Assembly: GCA_963826525.1 (NCBI GenBank)
Contig: CAWGXH010000003.1
Span: forward strand, 448,001-512,000
Length of the DNA: 64,000 nucleotides
Origin: an uncultured Methanomicrobiaceae archaeon
GTDB lineage: Archaea; Halobacteriota; Methanomicrobia; Methanomicrobiales; Methanoculleaceae
Direction: 5' to 3'
This document shows positions 1 to 8,131 of the stretch, one piece after another. How positions within the stretch are numbered: the first letter of the stretch is position 1; each line of letters begins with the position of its first letter. Both the position numbers and the translations under genes were made by a program. Below the pieces are notes generated by a model. It ran no database searches and was not told where the DNA came from. It saw only the letters and a program-made list of their open reading frames with translations.

Positions 1-786
1 GAAGGTTTCGGGGAGCGATGTCGTCGGTGCCGCAACGATGGCGCCGGACGGCGCGTAGGTCATCAACTGGAGGGTGAGAGCGCTGCGGATCACGATATCG
101 CGATACGGCCCCTGGTAGGTGCATCTGCCGCTCCATTTCTGCCAGTAATCGGTCGTCGCTTTCAGGGCGTCTTCCGGAGCAAGCTGCGGCAGGGCAGCAT
201 CGTCCTCTGTTGCGAGCGTGAATGCTGCCTTTTCACCGGCATGCAGCACGAACCGACAGGTCAGCGCCCCGTTCGAGGCATCCGCCTCCCATGCCGCCGG
301 CCCGGCGATCGTATAGGTCGCGAACGTCGCCTGGTTCCCGTGGGATGTAAATGCCGGGAGTGTGCGGGCGTAGTTCGGACGGGGCAGACAACGGCAGACG
401 ATCCCTATCTTCCCGTCGGTGCATTCCGCGAGGCGTACGATCCTGCCGGGGGCCGGAAGCCTGCGGAGCCGTGCAACGCTCTCGATGTCCATGAAGTCCC
501 GCAGGACTACGGTTCCGGCAGTGCACCGGAATGTCGTTTCAAGGATGTTTGTTGCTGTACGGTACCGGTGCGAACTCTCGAACGGGTCTTCCGGCTGTAT
601 GCTCCAGTAGCCGCCACGATCCGGATCGAGAATACGGGCAAAGAGCGACGGCGAGTCGAACCGATGGAAGCAGAGCCAGTCGATTGACCCCCTGCTGCTG
701 ACGAGCGCCGCGGTATGACCGTTCCCGATCACGCCGTAGTCTTCGATTGGTCGGTACCCGTCATCCTCCGGGATCCGGTCGGGCAT
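1..786 (-). CDS. Glycoside hydrolase family 15 (glucoamylase/trehalase-like), 5' part; runs off window edge
   Basis: Manual translation from ATG 786: MPDRIPEDDGYRPIEDYGVIGNGHTAALVSSRGSIDWLCFHRFDSPSLFARILDPDRGG ... RSALTLQLMTYAPSGAIVAAPTTSLPE, the typical GH15 N-terminal and catalytic-domain motifs. Not in the ORF track because there is no stop in the window. Confidence 0.9.
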   Translation of the reverse strand, partial: MPDRIPEDDGYRPIEDYGVIGNGHTAALVSSRGSIDWLCFHRFDSPSLFARILDPDRGGYWSIQPEDPFESSHRYRTATNILETTFRCTAGTVVLRDFMDIESVARLRRLPAPGRIVRLAECTDGKIGIVCRCLPRPNYARTLPAFTSHGNQATFATYTIAGPAAWEADASNGALTCRFVLHAGEKAAFTLATEDDAALPQLAPEDALKATTDYWQKWSGRCTYQGPYRDIVIRSALTLQLMTYAPSGAIVAAPTTSLPETF

Positions 787-787
787 A

Positions 788-2206
788 TCAATCACGTCGC
801 TCCGGTGCGCCCTTCAGTTCACGGGGGTGTCTGCCGGCTCTGAAGTGTTCTTCGATCTCTTCGAGCGTGAGCCCTTTCGTCTCCGGCACCAGTCTTAAGA
901 CGAAGATCCATGCAAAGATACCCACGAGTGCGTAGAGCCAGAAGACACCTGCCCGTCCCAGCGCTCCGACCAGTGTCAGGAACGTCAGGGTGATGAGAAA
1001 GTTCGCAGCCCAGTTGGCGATGGTTGCGACGCTCATGGCACGGCCCCGTACATTGAGCGGGTAAATCTCGGAGATCAGCAGCCAGAACACCGGTCCGAGG
1101 CCGATGGCAAATGAGACGACGTATGCCATCAGGCCGATCGCGGTTATCAGCCCGAGGAGAGTACTCCCCTGAACGGTTCCGCCGAAAGCGAACCCCGCCC
1201 CGAGCAGGGCGAGGCTCGCGACCATGCCGCCGATGCCCACGAGGAGAAGTGGACGGCGCCCGGCCCGGTCCACGAGCACGATGGCGGCAACGGTCCCGAG
1301 GACGTTCACGACACCGACGCCTGCAGTCGCTGCGATCGAGGCACCGGCCGAGTGCAGTCCGGCAAACTGGAAGATGGTCGGGGCGTAATAGATGACGGTA
1401 TTGATACCGGTGAACTGCTGCAGGACGGCCAGGCCGAGACCGACGATCAGGGGCATTCTCATCGACGATGCCAGCAGGTCCGACCAGCTCCCGGCTTTCT
1501 GTACCTTGACCGCTCGCTCGATCTCGTCAAGCTCGTTCGATACGTCCCGGGTTCCGCGGATCTTCCGGAGAACGCCGGTTGCCCGATCGGAGTGATTATG
1601 GGAGACGAGCCACCGGGGACTGCCCGGGAGCAGGAACATCCCGACGAGGAGGACGGTGGCCGGCACTGCACCGAATGCAAACATGGCGCGCCAGTCGCCG
1701 CTTGCGGAGAAGAGGTAATCGACTCCGTACGAGACGAGGATCCCGATGGTGATGAAGAGCTGGTTGAGCGAGACCATGCCGCCGCGGAGCGCCGGAGGCG
1801 CAAGCTCCGATATGTAGAGAGGAACGACGAACGATGCGACACCGATGGCCATGCCTATCAGCACGCGGCCGACGAGGAAGATGGGCAGGCCCCCGGCAAT
1901 GACGACGATCGCCGTGCCTGCGAGGAACACGGCCGATGCAGCGATGATCGAGGGGCGCCGCCCAATCCTGTCGGCAAGGAGACCCCCGGCTATCGCACCC
2001 AGAATTGCGCCGACGAGCACCGAGCTGGTCGCGATCTCTTCCAGGGTCGGCGAGAGGCCGAAGTCCCCGGTGATGAAGAGGATCGCTCCCGAAATGACCC
2101 CTGTGTCGTACCCGAAGAGGATCCCGCCGATGGCCGCTATTGCAACGGCAATGTAGATGAACGGCGTGAGACCGGATCTCTTCGGCTCTCCGCCCTGTGC
2201 TTTCAT
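788..2206 (-). CDS. Sugar porter family MFS transporter (GalP/XylE-like)
   Basis: GGILFGYDTGVISGA, DRIGRR, PLYISELAP..RG, QQFTGINTVIYYA, PETKG.TLEEI motifs; 12-TM pattern; start moved to ATG 2206 after a GGAGAAGGTGG RBS. Confidence 0.95.
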   Translation of the reverse strand: MKAQGGEPKRSGLTPFIYIAVAIAAIGGILFGYDTGVISGAILFITGDFGLSPTLEEIATSSVLVGAILGAIAGGLLADRIGRRPSIIAASAVFLAGTAIVVIAGGLPIFLVGRVLIGMAIGVASFVVPLYISELAPPALRGGMVSLNQLFITIGILVSYGVDYLFSASGDWRAMFAFGAVPATVLLVGMFLLPGSPRWLVSHNHSDRATGVLRKIRGTRDVSNELDEIERAVKVQKAGSWSDLLASSMRMPLIVGLGLAVLQQFTGINTVIYYAPTIFQFAGLHSAGASIAATAGVGVVNVLGTVAAIVLVDRAGRRPLLLVGIGGMVASLALLGAGFAFGGTVQGSTLLGLITAIGLMAYVVSFAIGLGPVFWLLISEIYPLNVRGRAMSVATIANWAANFLITLTFLTLVGALGRAGVFWLYALVGIFAWIFVLRLVPETKGLTLEEIEEHFRAGRHPRELKGAPERRD

Positions 2207-2424
2207 GCTCCACCTTCTCCTTGATTTCAAGCGGCCCTGTTCCGAAAGGCTCCCTCACCGTCAGGCAGGACCGATACAATCACACGGCAAACACACCATT
2301 GCCCCTCAGAATATGCATCGTGCGATCTACTGTCTCTCATCAGGTGACTGGTGCTGTGTCCGTGGAGACATAAAGATAGTGGTGCGCCGGACTTTGCATC
2401 TCATAAGTACCTATTTTTCAAGAC

Positions 2425-2516
2425 TTTAGGGGCACCCCATACTTTCGGTGCAAGAATTGTGCTTTAGGTGCAGAGCTCGTTGTTTAGGTGCAGAATTGGC
2501 TTTAGGTGCAAAGCCG
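2425..2516 (+). repeat. Array of five TTT(A/C)GG(T/G)GCA decamers at 18-20 bp spacing
   Basis: Copies start at 2425, 2443, 2463, 2483 and 2501. Confidence 0.8.
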
Positions 2517-2660
2517 AACCGTGCTTTCATTTCTCATTAAAAATATCTGGGCTTCCCCTTTCTCATCGCCCTGTAAGGTGGTTGCAACCATGTCGGATGT
2601 TGAAAGGTTCGGCCTATTCTACGAAGGATTGTCTACGCCTCGATAAACACCCGGTAACCC

Positions 2661-3247
2661 CTATGTCAGCGGCGTGACCTGTATCTGTTTCGAAAGGTTG
2701 TAGGCGGTCGAAAGATCGCTCTCATTATACACGAGCACCCTTCCCTCGACGAGTAATCTATTGTCCGAAGCGGCCAATTGCGTCAGTCCCGTTGGTACAG
2801 TCCCCTTCCAACCCGGTCCGGTGATGAGATAGGAACCCGCCTGGGTGCCGGTGGTGCGTTGGCCGACATAGAAGGGGTCACCCCAGGGGTCGACGAACTC
2901 TACACTATAGTATCGTCCATCCATGTCCGGCACGTGCAAGACCTGCGGCCCTTTGCTCAAATCGAGCACGCCGATAGTGTAGAGCACGTCGTGGTTTGCG
3001 CCTGCCACGTTGTTGTGGGTGGATGGGGAAGCGAGAGTTGTCAAGGTGTAAAGCGTATTGACAGGGATGCCGGTGGAATTCGGCGTTGCTCCGAAGCCGT
3101 TATCGATAATCGAGTTTTCCCATGTGGTGTAAATGATATGGGGATAATAGTAGATGTAGAGGGGGGTGCCTATTGCCAGGTACCGATGAGCACTGTCACG
3201 GCGAACAGGCGTCGATTCTTGTGTTTATTACTTTTACTATCCGGCAT
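2661..3247 (-). CDS. DUF1254-domain protein with N-terminal membrane anchor (frameshift ~3180)
   Basis: NHDVLYTIGVLDLSKGPQVLHVPDMDGRYYSVEF..GQRTTGT.AG.YLITGPGWKG matches the DUF1254 pattern; ATG 3247 overlaps the upstream stop (TGATG); one missing base near 3180. Confidence 0.75.
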
Positions 3248-3861
3248 CAGCGCACCTCCACGACCGGCGGCACCTGGTACGTACCATTCAGGATCGCCTG
3301 GCCGGGCAGGTAGGCGCGAAGCCACAGTCTGAAGTTGCCGGAGGGTGCCGGCAGCCAGTTTGACTCGTTGCCGGATGGAGGTGCGTTTTGTATGGTGATG
3401 TCAACGGACCCGTCAGTGTTCGGCACAAGGTCCGAATATGTACCGACGTTATAGCGGTTTATCGAATTGTTCACCATATGATTGGTTAAGTCGGTCATTG
3501 TCAGCGACCAGAAGGCATCGCTGGGAGGGAGCCCTCCGGCCGGGAAGTGCAACAAATAGTTATGTGTTCCGTTCAGCCTGGCTCCCGTGCTGTCCACGGT
3601 TGTCGTCCAGTACACCGCCTCCTCCGCCACGTTGGCGCCGGGAAGGACCTGGGAGAACGCTGCCCGTGAGAGTATGTTGCCGTCCCATTTCCCGTAATCC
3701 AAGGTGGTGCTCCAGCCATTGAGCGTGATTTCCATGGTGTGTGCCTCAATGTAAATGAGCGTGCCTCCAAGGCCGAATGATGCCAGCACCGCCCCCACGA
3801 TAATTCCGAGCACTATCACGCCGATGATTTTTATTTTACTCATTGACTCCGCCACCGTCAT
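3247..3861 (-). CDS. DUF1214-domain protein with N-terminal TM helix
   Basis: NGW...ANVAEEAVY...D..G..L.G...Y.LHFP...PP..AFWSLT...N.INRY...NWLPAP.G.F.L.LRAY.P is the DUF1214 signature. Confidence 0.85.
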   Translation of the reverse strand: MTVAESMSKIKIIGVIVLGIIVGAVLASFGLGGTLIYIEAHTMEITLNGWSTTLDYGKWDGNILSRAAFSQVLPGANVAEEAVYWTTTVDSTGARLNGTHNYLLHFPAGGLPPSDAFWSLTMTDLTNHMVNNSINRYNVGTYSDLVPNTDGSVDITIQNAPPSGNESNWLPAPSGNFRLWLRAYLPGQAILNGTYQVPPVVEVR

Positions 3862-3968
3862 ATATTCGGTCGCTGTTATAACGGGATTTGTATTACATAA
3901 ACTTGAGGATACTATTTATCCCCCTAATATCGTGGATCTCATTTGAACCGAGCTTCTGTCAAAGTGAC

Positions 3969-4040
3969 TTTATGTGCAAAGCCCAAAAGGCAGTATATCA
4001 AGACGTTAGGTGCAGAATTGGGACTTTAGGTGCAAAGCCG
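3969..4040 (+). repeat. Second cluster of the TTTAGGTGCA motif; direct repeat of ~2484-2516
   Basis: ttaggtgcagaattgggactttaggtgcaaagccg (~4006-4040) vs ttaggtgcagaattggctttaggtgcaaagccg (~2484-2516); an extra degenerate copy at 3969. Confidence 0.8.
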
Positions 4041-4194
4041 GTGCGCCGTACTCCGCAGATTGCCTGCTCGAAGCAGCTGCAGTGAGGAGCCCGTGGCTGG
4101 AAAGGCCCTCGTGCCCCGCCGACCGGGAGACCATCATTCCCGTCTCTGCCCGACTTCCGTAGCAGGGCCGTGCAGGGCGATTGTGCGGGAATCA

Positions 4195-4210
4195 GGGAAA
4201 TATATTTATG
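4195..4210 (+). promoter_or_regulatory. Archaeal BRE/TATA promoter of small membrane protein
   Basis: GGGAAATATATTTATG ~20-25 bp before GTG 4227; paralogous element at ~5663-5677. Confidence 0.55.
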
Positions 4211-4226
4211 CCACCATAGAAATGAC

Positions 4227-4415
4227 GTGGACTTTCATCGTCTCTCCGGACAGCGGTGGCGTATTCTCGGCGTGGGTAGTCTCGGCATCCTCGTCATTCT
4301 TGCTGCTATGGCGAACCCGCTCATCGCACTTATATCGCTGATGATTCTGGTGACCGTCGGCGTACTGCTGATCACGCTTACGGTGATCAGGATGCTTTCA
4401 GCATCCCGGCAGTAA
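4227..4415 (+). CDS. Small 2-TM membrane protein (paralog of 5694..5882)
   Basis: MDFHRLSGQRWRILGVGSLGILVILAAMANP aligns with MDLFHLAGRRWRLLGAGVLGIFVVLAAIAYP. Confidence 0.65.
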   Translation: MDFHRLSGQRWRILGVGSLGILVILAAMANPLIALISLMILVTVGVLLITLTVIRMLSASRQ

Positions 4416-4471
4416 AACCAGCGAAGGGGTATCGTCAAAAAATGTGGCGGTGAGGGGATCCGGGTATGCCT

Positions 4472-5413
4472 TCACGCTCCCGCTGTGACGACGAAGGTTC
4501 CGGTCATGATGGTCGGGTGGACGTCGCACCGGAAGAAGTAGTTGCCGGGCGTACTCGGTGCGGTGAAGGTGTACTTGATCGTGGCCGGGCCGGTGATGAT
4601 CTGCCCCGTGAAGATGGCGTTCTGGGCGGCGGGGGTATCGTAGACCGCAAAGTTGTGCGGAATGCCCGAATCCTCGTTGTCGAAGTCCACCGTCACGTTT
4701 GCCCCCGCGGGCACCGTGATCGTGCTCGTGTTAAACGCGATGTTCTTTGCGATCAGCCCGACGGTCACGCTCAGACCCCTGCTCGTCATGTTCTGCGTCT
4801 GGTTCTGCGCCTGTCCGGTTACGTTGACGCCCGGTGGGATCAGCACTGCATCGATGGTGTGAACGATCCCGTTGCTTGCGTTGGTATCGGCCTGGACGAC
4901 CGTTGCATTGTCGATCATGAGCGTGCCGTTCTGCACGGTCACGGTCAGGTTCTGCCCGGAAAGCGTCTGCAGCATGGTCATATTGGTCATATTCTGCGTG
5001 GCGTTCGAGGTCGCGTTGGACCCGGTCATGTTCATGAGATCTGCGGTCGTGTACGTGCCCTGAACCACGTGGAACCTGAGGATCTCGCTCAGCATGGTCG
5101 TGTTGTTCAGGAGCCGGCTCACGGTCTGGTTGCCGAGATCGTCGAATGCCTGATTGTCGGGCGCGAAGACCGTGTACGGTCCCGTGCCGTTCAGTTCTTC
5201 GGTCAGGTTTGCCGCCCGAATCGCCGTTGCCAGAGTGGATAGATTCCCATTCTGCTCGATGACGCCGACGACCGTTATGTTGGGGGTCATATTCCCGGTC
5301 TGGTTCGCGGGACTCATCGTGGTATTCTGCTCCCCGACCGGCATCCCTATAACGGCAGCAGGGATCGCCAGCAGGAGCAGGGTGCACATGCTCATCCATA
5401 CGATATATTTCAT
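4472..5413 (-). CDS. Secreted fasciclin (FAS1)-cupredoxin fusion
   Basis: Signal peptide; FAS1 motifs GPYTVFAPDNQAF, ILRFHVV, NGIVHTIDAVL; C-terminal type-1 Cu site PHNF...FRCDVHPTIMTG (His/Cys/His/Met). Confidence 0.9.
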   Translation of the reverse strand: MKYIVWMSMCTLLLLAIPAAVIGMPVGEQNTTMSPANQTGNMTPNITVVGVIEQNGNLSTLATAIRAANLTEELNGTGPYTVFAPDNQAFDDLGNQTVSRLLNNTTMLSEILRFHVVQGTYTTADLMNMTGSNATSNATQNMTNMTMLQTLSGQNLTVTVQNGTLMIDNATVVQADTNASNGIVHTIDAVLIPPGVNVTGQAQNQTQNMTSRGLSVTVGLIAKNIAFNTSTITVPAGANVTVDFDNEDSGIPHNFAVYDTPAAQNAIFTGQIITGPATIKYTFTAPSTPGNYFFRCDVHPTIMTGTFVVTAGA

Positions 5414-5693
5414 AGACTTCCCTCCATGGGTGACCTGAGGGATTTTTGCAATAATATATAAATGTGATTATAATTCTCCGGCGCCGGGATAATCCGGCCG
5501 GGGAGCGCCTCGCACAATTGCGAAAGGAGGTATCCGGTAGGTGAAACTCGATTTTTCCCCGCAGAGGTGGAGGGCCCGGCGTGGTTCCCGGTGGATACCG
5601 GCTGCCTGTCGGAGGTCTTCAGGGAACGCAGCCCTGCTCCCATAACGCCTGTGCGGGAGTGAGGGAATATATTTAACCAGCCATAGGAATGCT

Positions 5694-5882
5694 ATGGATC
5701 TTTTTCACCTCGCCGGACGGCGATGGCGGCTCCTCGGGGCGGGAGTTCTGGGCATCTTCGTCGTTCTTGCCGCGATTGCATATCCGGGGATTGCACTCGG
5801 TTTATGTATTACCCTGGTTGGCCTTGCGACCGTGCTGGTGTCGCTTGCCATGACCGGAGTGCTGGAGAAGTCCCGGGAGTGA
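5694..5882 (+). CDS. Small 2-TM membrane protein (paralog of 4227..4415)
   Basis: Hydrophobic 62-aa ORF preceded by the GAATATATTTAA TATA element. Confidence 0.65.
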   Translation: MDLFHLAGRRWRLLGAGVLGIFVVLAAIAYPGIALGLCITLVGLATVLVSLAMTGVLEKSRE

Positions 5883-6002
5883 AGGCTCCCCTACGCATTG
5901 ACTGCACGGGCGATCCTGCGGTGTCCTGCGGTGCGGTAAACCGCTCCTCATCCGAATGTCTCTCCTGCGTGGGAAGGGGGGGTGAGTCCGGGTGCCGGCC
6001 GG

Positions 6003-7634
6003 TTATACCGATGCTTCATCGGTGGGCTGGTAGGAGGTGTGCTTGAAGACGTACCAGATCAGCAGCCAGTTAAAGCCGATGATGATCCCCCAGACTGCAA
6101 GAATCTGCGGCATGGGTATGGGTGTGGGGAACGCCGTGCCGCCCGGCACCGGGATGAGCTCGTAGACCATCCAGGGAGACCGGGCTGATTCCCGTACAAA
6201 TCCCATCACCAGCACGATGGCCATCCCCAGGATGCCTGCGGTGAACGCCGCCGTGATCGACCCCCGGCTCAGGTAACCCCACTGCCCTTCTTTCGCCTCG
6301 CTGGTCAGTACGATCGTATCCAGCATGAGTATCGCGGCACCGATCGCCGCCATCACCCACAGGGCGACATATTTTGCCTCCATGGACCCTATCGGGTTGA
6401 TCCATGCTCCCGGTTCGGTGGAGTAGACCGAACCGAGCCACGCCGGCTGGATAAGGACGAAGGCGGCCACGAGAACGATCGCAAAGAACCCCCAGAACAT
6501 GGTTCGCAGGGTACGGTTTTCCGGCCGGGAGAGGAGCTGATCCCGCCTGCTGATGAAATAGGCAATGATGGTCAGAACGAGGCCGGAGAACAGCCCGACC
6601 ATAAAGAGCATCTCCCAGGCACGGGGGCCGTGCATGATCATAGCGAATGCACCGGGCGAGTTTTGCATGATGCTGGTCATGTACTGCTGCCCGAGGACGG
6701 GCTGCATGATCAGCCCCACCAGACCCCATAAGAGGCCGTAGGCCGCCACCCAGTCCCATTGCTTCTTCGAAGCGAAATCGTCTCTTCCCCGGTAGTGCAT
6801 CATCGCCATGGTTGCCGTCAGGAAACCGACAAACGATACTGCAGCAGCGAGCCGGTGAAACGTCAGCTGCCATAAGGTCGGGTTGTACCATGCCAGCAGC
6901 AGGTCGCCCGCTGCGATTGGAAACAGACCGGTGGTCGTATAGTCGATTGAGGGGATGTTCGGGGTCAGCATGCCGGAACCCATCATGGTGATGGCAATCA
7001 TCTGGAGGAAGGTGGCGACGGCAAAGGCGACGCCGACGAACAGATGCCATCCGGTGCTGATCCTGTCCCACCCGAACCACAAGATAAACATCAGCGTGAT
7101 GATCAGGCCGTAGAAGAGGAGATACGCGAAGAACGGCCACCACCATAGTTTGAATGCATTCATCGCGAATGTGGGAAAGAGCGCGATGAAGTACAGAATG
7201 GCTGCCGCTCCGAAGGTGCCGACCGCAGAGACGGTGATGATATTGAGGAGCGTGAGGGACCTCGCCAGGTTTTTGTAGCGCATCTTCTTATGCCGGTGGT
7301 AGAAGACGATCGTCGCCAGAATGATCCAGGACCCTCCTACGGCCAGATTCGCCAGGACGGTATGCGTCAGCAGGACGGCGGCTATGATGATCGAACGGCC
7401 GGAACCTCCCATATCGACCTCCTGGATCGGCAGGTTCGCCGGCTGCTCGACGGTTACCCCGGCAATCTGGTCCTGGAGCAGTTCGGTCGACGAGATAAGA
7501 CCGCCCTGCAGGGGTACGAATACCGTGGTCAGAATGATGAGGTAGACGACGACTGCGATAATGATCCCCCAGATGATCCTCAACCGAGGATTCTTTTCGA
7601 CATCGGTTCGCCCCGATTCTGCATTTCCCTCCAT
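6003..7634 (-). CDS. Cytochrome bd subunit I superfamily protein, CydA'-like copy
   Basis: THTVLANLAVGG (His19-like), TFHRLAAA (His186-like), MGFVRESARSPW.VY (E445/GRQPW-like); full-length paralog of 8132..9785; start MEGNAES at 7634. Confidence 0.85.
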   Translation of the reverse strand: MEGNAESGRTDVEKNPRLRIIWGIIIAVVVYLIILTTVFVPLQGGLISSTELLQDQIAGVTVEQPANLPIQEVDMGGSGRSIIIAAVLLTHTVLANLAVGGSWIILATIVFYHRHKKMRYKNLARSLTLLNIITVSAVGTFGAAAILYFIALFPTFAMNAFKLWWWPFFAYLLFYGLIITLMFILWFGWDRISTGWHLFVGVAFAVATFLQMIAITMMGSGMLTPNIPSIDYTTTGLFPIAAGDLLLAWYNPTLWQLTFHRLAAAVSFVGFLTATMAMMHYRGRDDFASKKQWDWVAAYGLLWGLVGLIMQPVLGQQYMTSIMQNSPGAFAMIMHGPRAWEMLFMVGLFSGLVLTIIAYFISRRDQLLSRPENRTLRTMFWGFFAIVLVAAFVLIQPAWLGSVYSTEPGAWINPIGSMEAKYVALWVMAAIGAAILMLDTIVLTSEAKEGQWGYLSRGSITAAFTAGILGMAIVLVMGFVRESARSPWMVYELIPVPGGTAFPTPIPMPQILAVWGIIIGFNWLLIWYVFKHTSYQPTDEASV

Positions 7635-7705
7635 ACAACATCCTCCGTCAGGCATCCGGTATCCTGAATGTACTTCCCTGTATGTACCCCGTCCGGGGCC
7701 GGAAT

Positions 7706-8050
7706 TCAGACATCTGCACACCTCTTCTCCCCTGTATTCGAGTCTCCGGCGCCTGAACGGATCGAAACGATCGGTCTCGGCCGGAAACGTGCGGGAGGTC
7801 CGGCAGAGTATCCACGGCGAGAGAGGGCAGGGAGATCACACGCTGGTGTGCCCGTTCGAACGTGCGGAATACGCTCCTTCCACCGGACTGCAGTCTTCTT
7901 CGGTTCCGTCTTCATGGTCATGACCTCGATCAGAGTTGCGGGACAGCGGATCACGGTCAGGCCGAGCGCCCAGAACAGGTAGATCACCAGAATCATATAG
8001 CCGATGATCGCTCCCCACACGACGTAGAATCGGACTCTTCGTTCAGGCAT
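7706..8050 (-). CDS. Small protein with a single N-terminal TM helix between the two CydA-like genes; 3' end uncertain
   Basis: MPERRVRFYVVWGAIIGYMILVIYLFWALGLTVI after a GGTGA-type RBS; the remainder may be frameshifted or a second ORF. Confidence 0.5.
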   Translation of the reverse strand: MPERRVRFYVVWGAIIGYMILVIYLFWALGLTVIRCPATLIEVMTMKTEPKKTAVRWKERIPHVRTGTPACDLPALSRRGYSAGPPARFRPRPIVSIRSGAGDSNTGEKRCADV

Positions 8051-8131
8051 CCGTCATCACCGCCGTATCTCCGTGCATATTCATCTCTCCTTGCTTTCTC
8101 TCCATACCCGGAGAGGGAGAAGTGCTCTGCA

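Noticed and set aside
2170-2190. Shared accggatctcttcgg with ~52302-52316
   Set aside because: A short match encoding PKRSG in unrelated N-termini; probably chance.
2425-2516. TTTAGGTGCA array as a CRISPR array
   Set aside because: Repeats of 10 bp and gaps of 8-10 bp are far too short, and there is no leader or cas operon.
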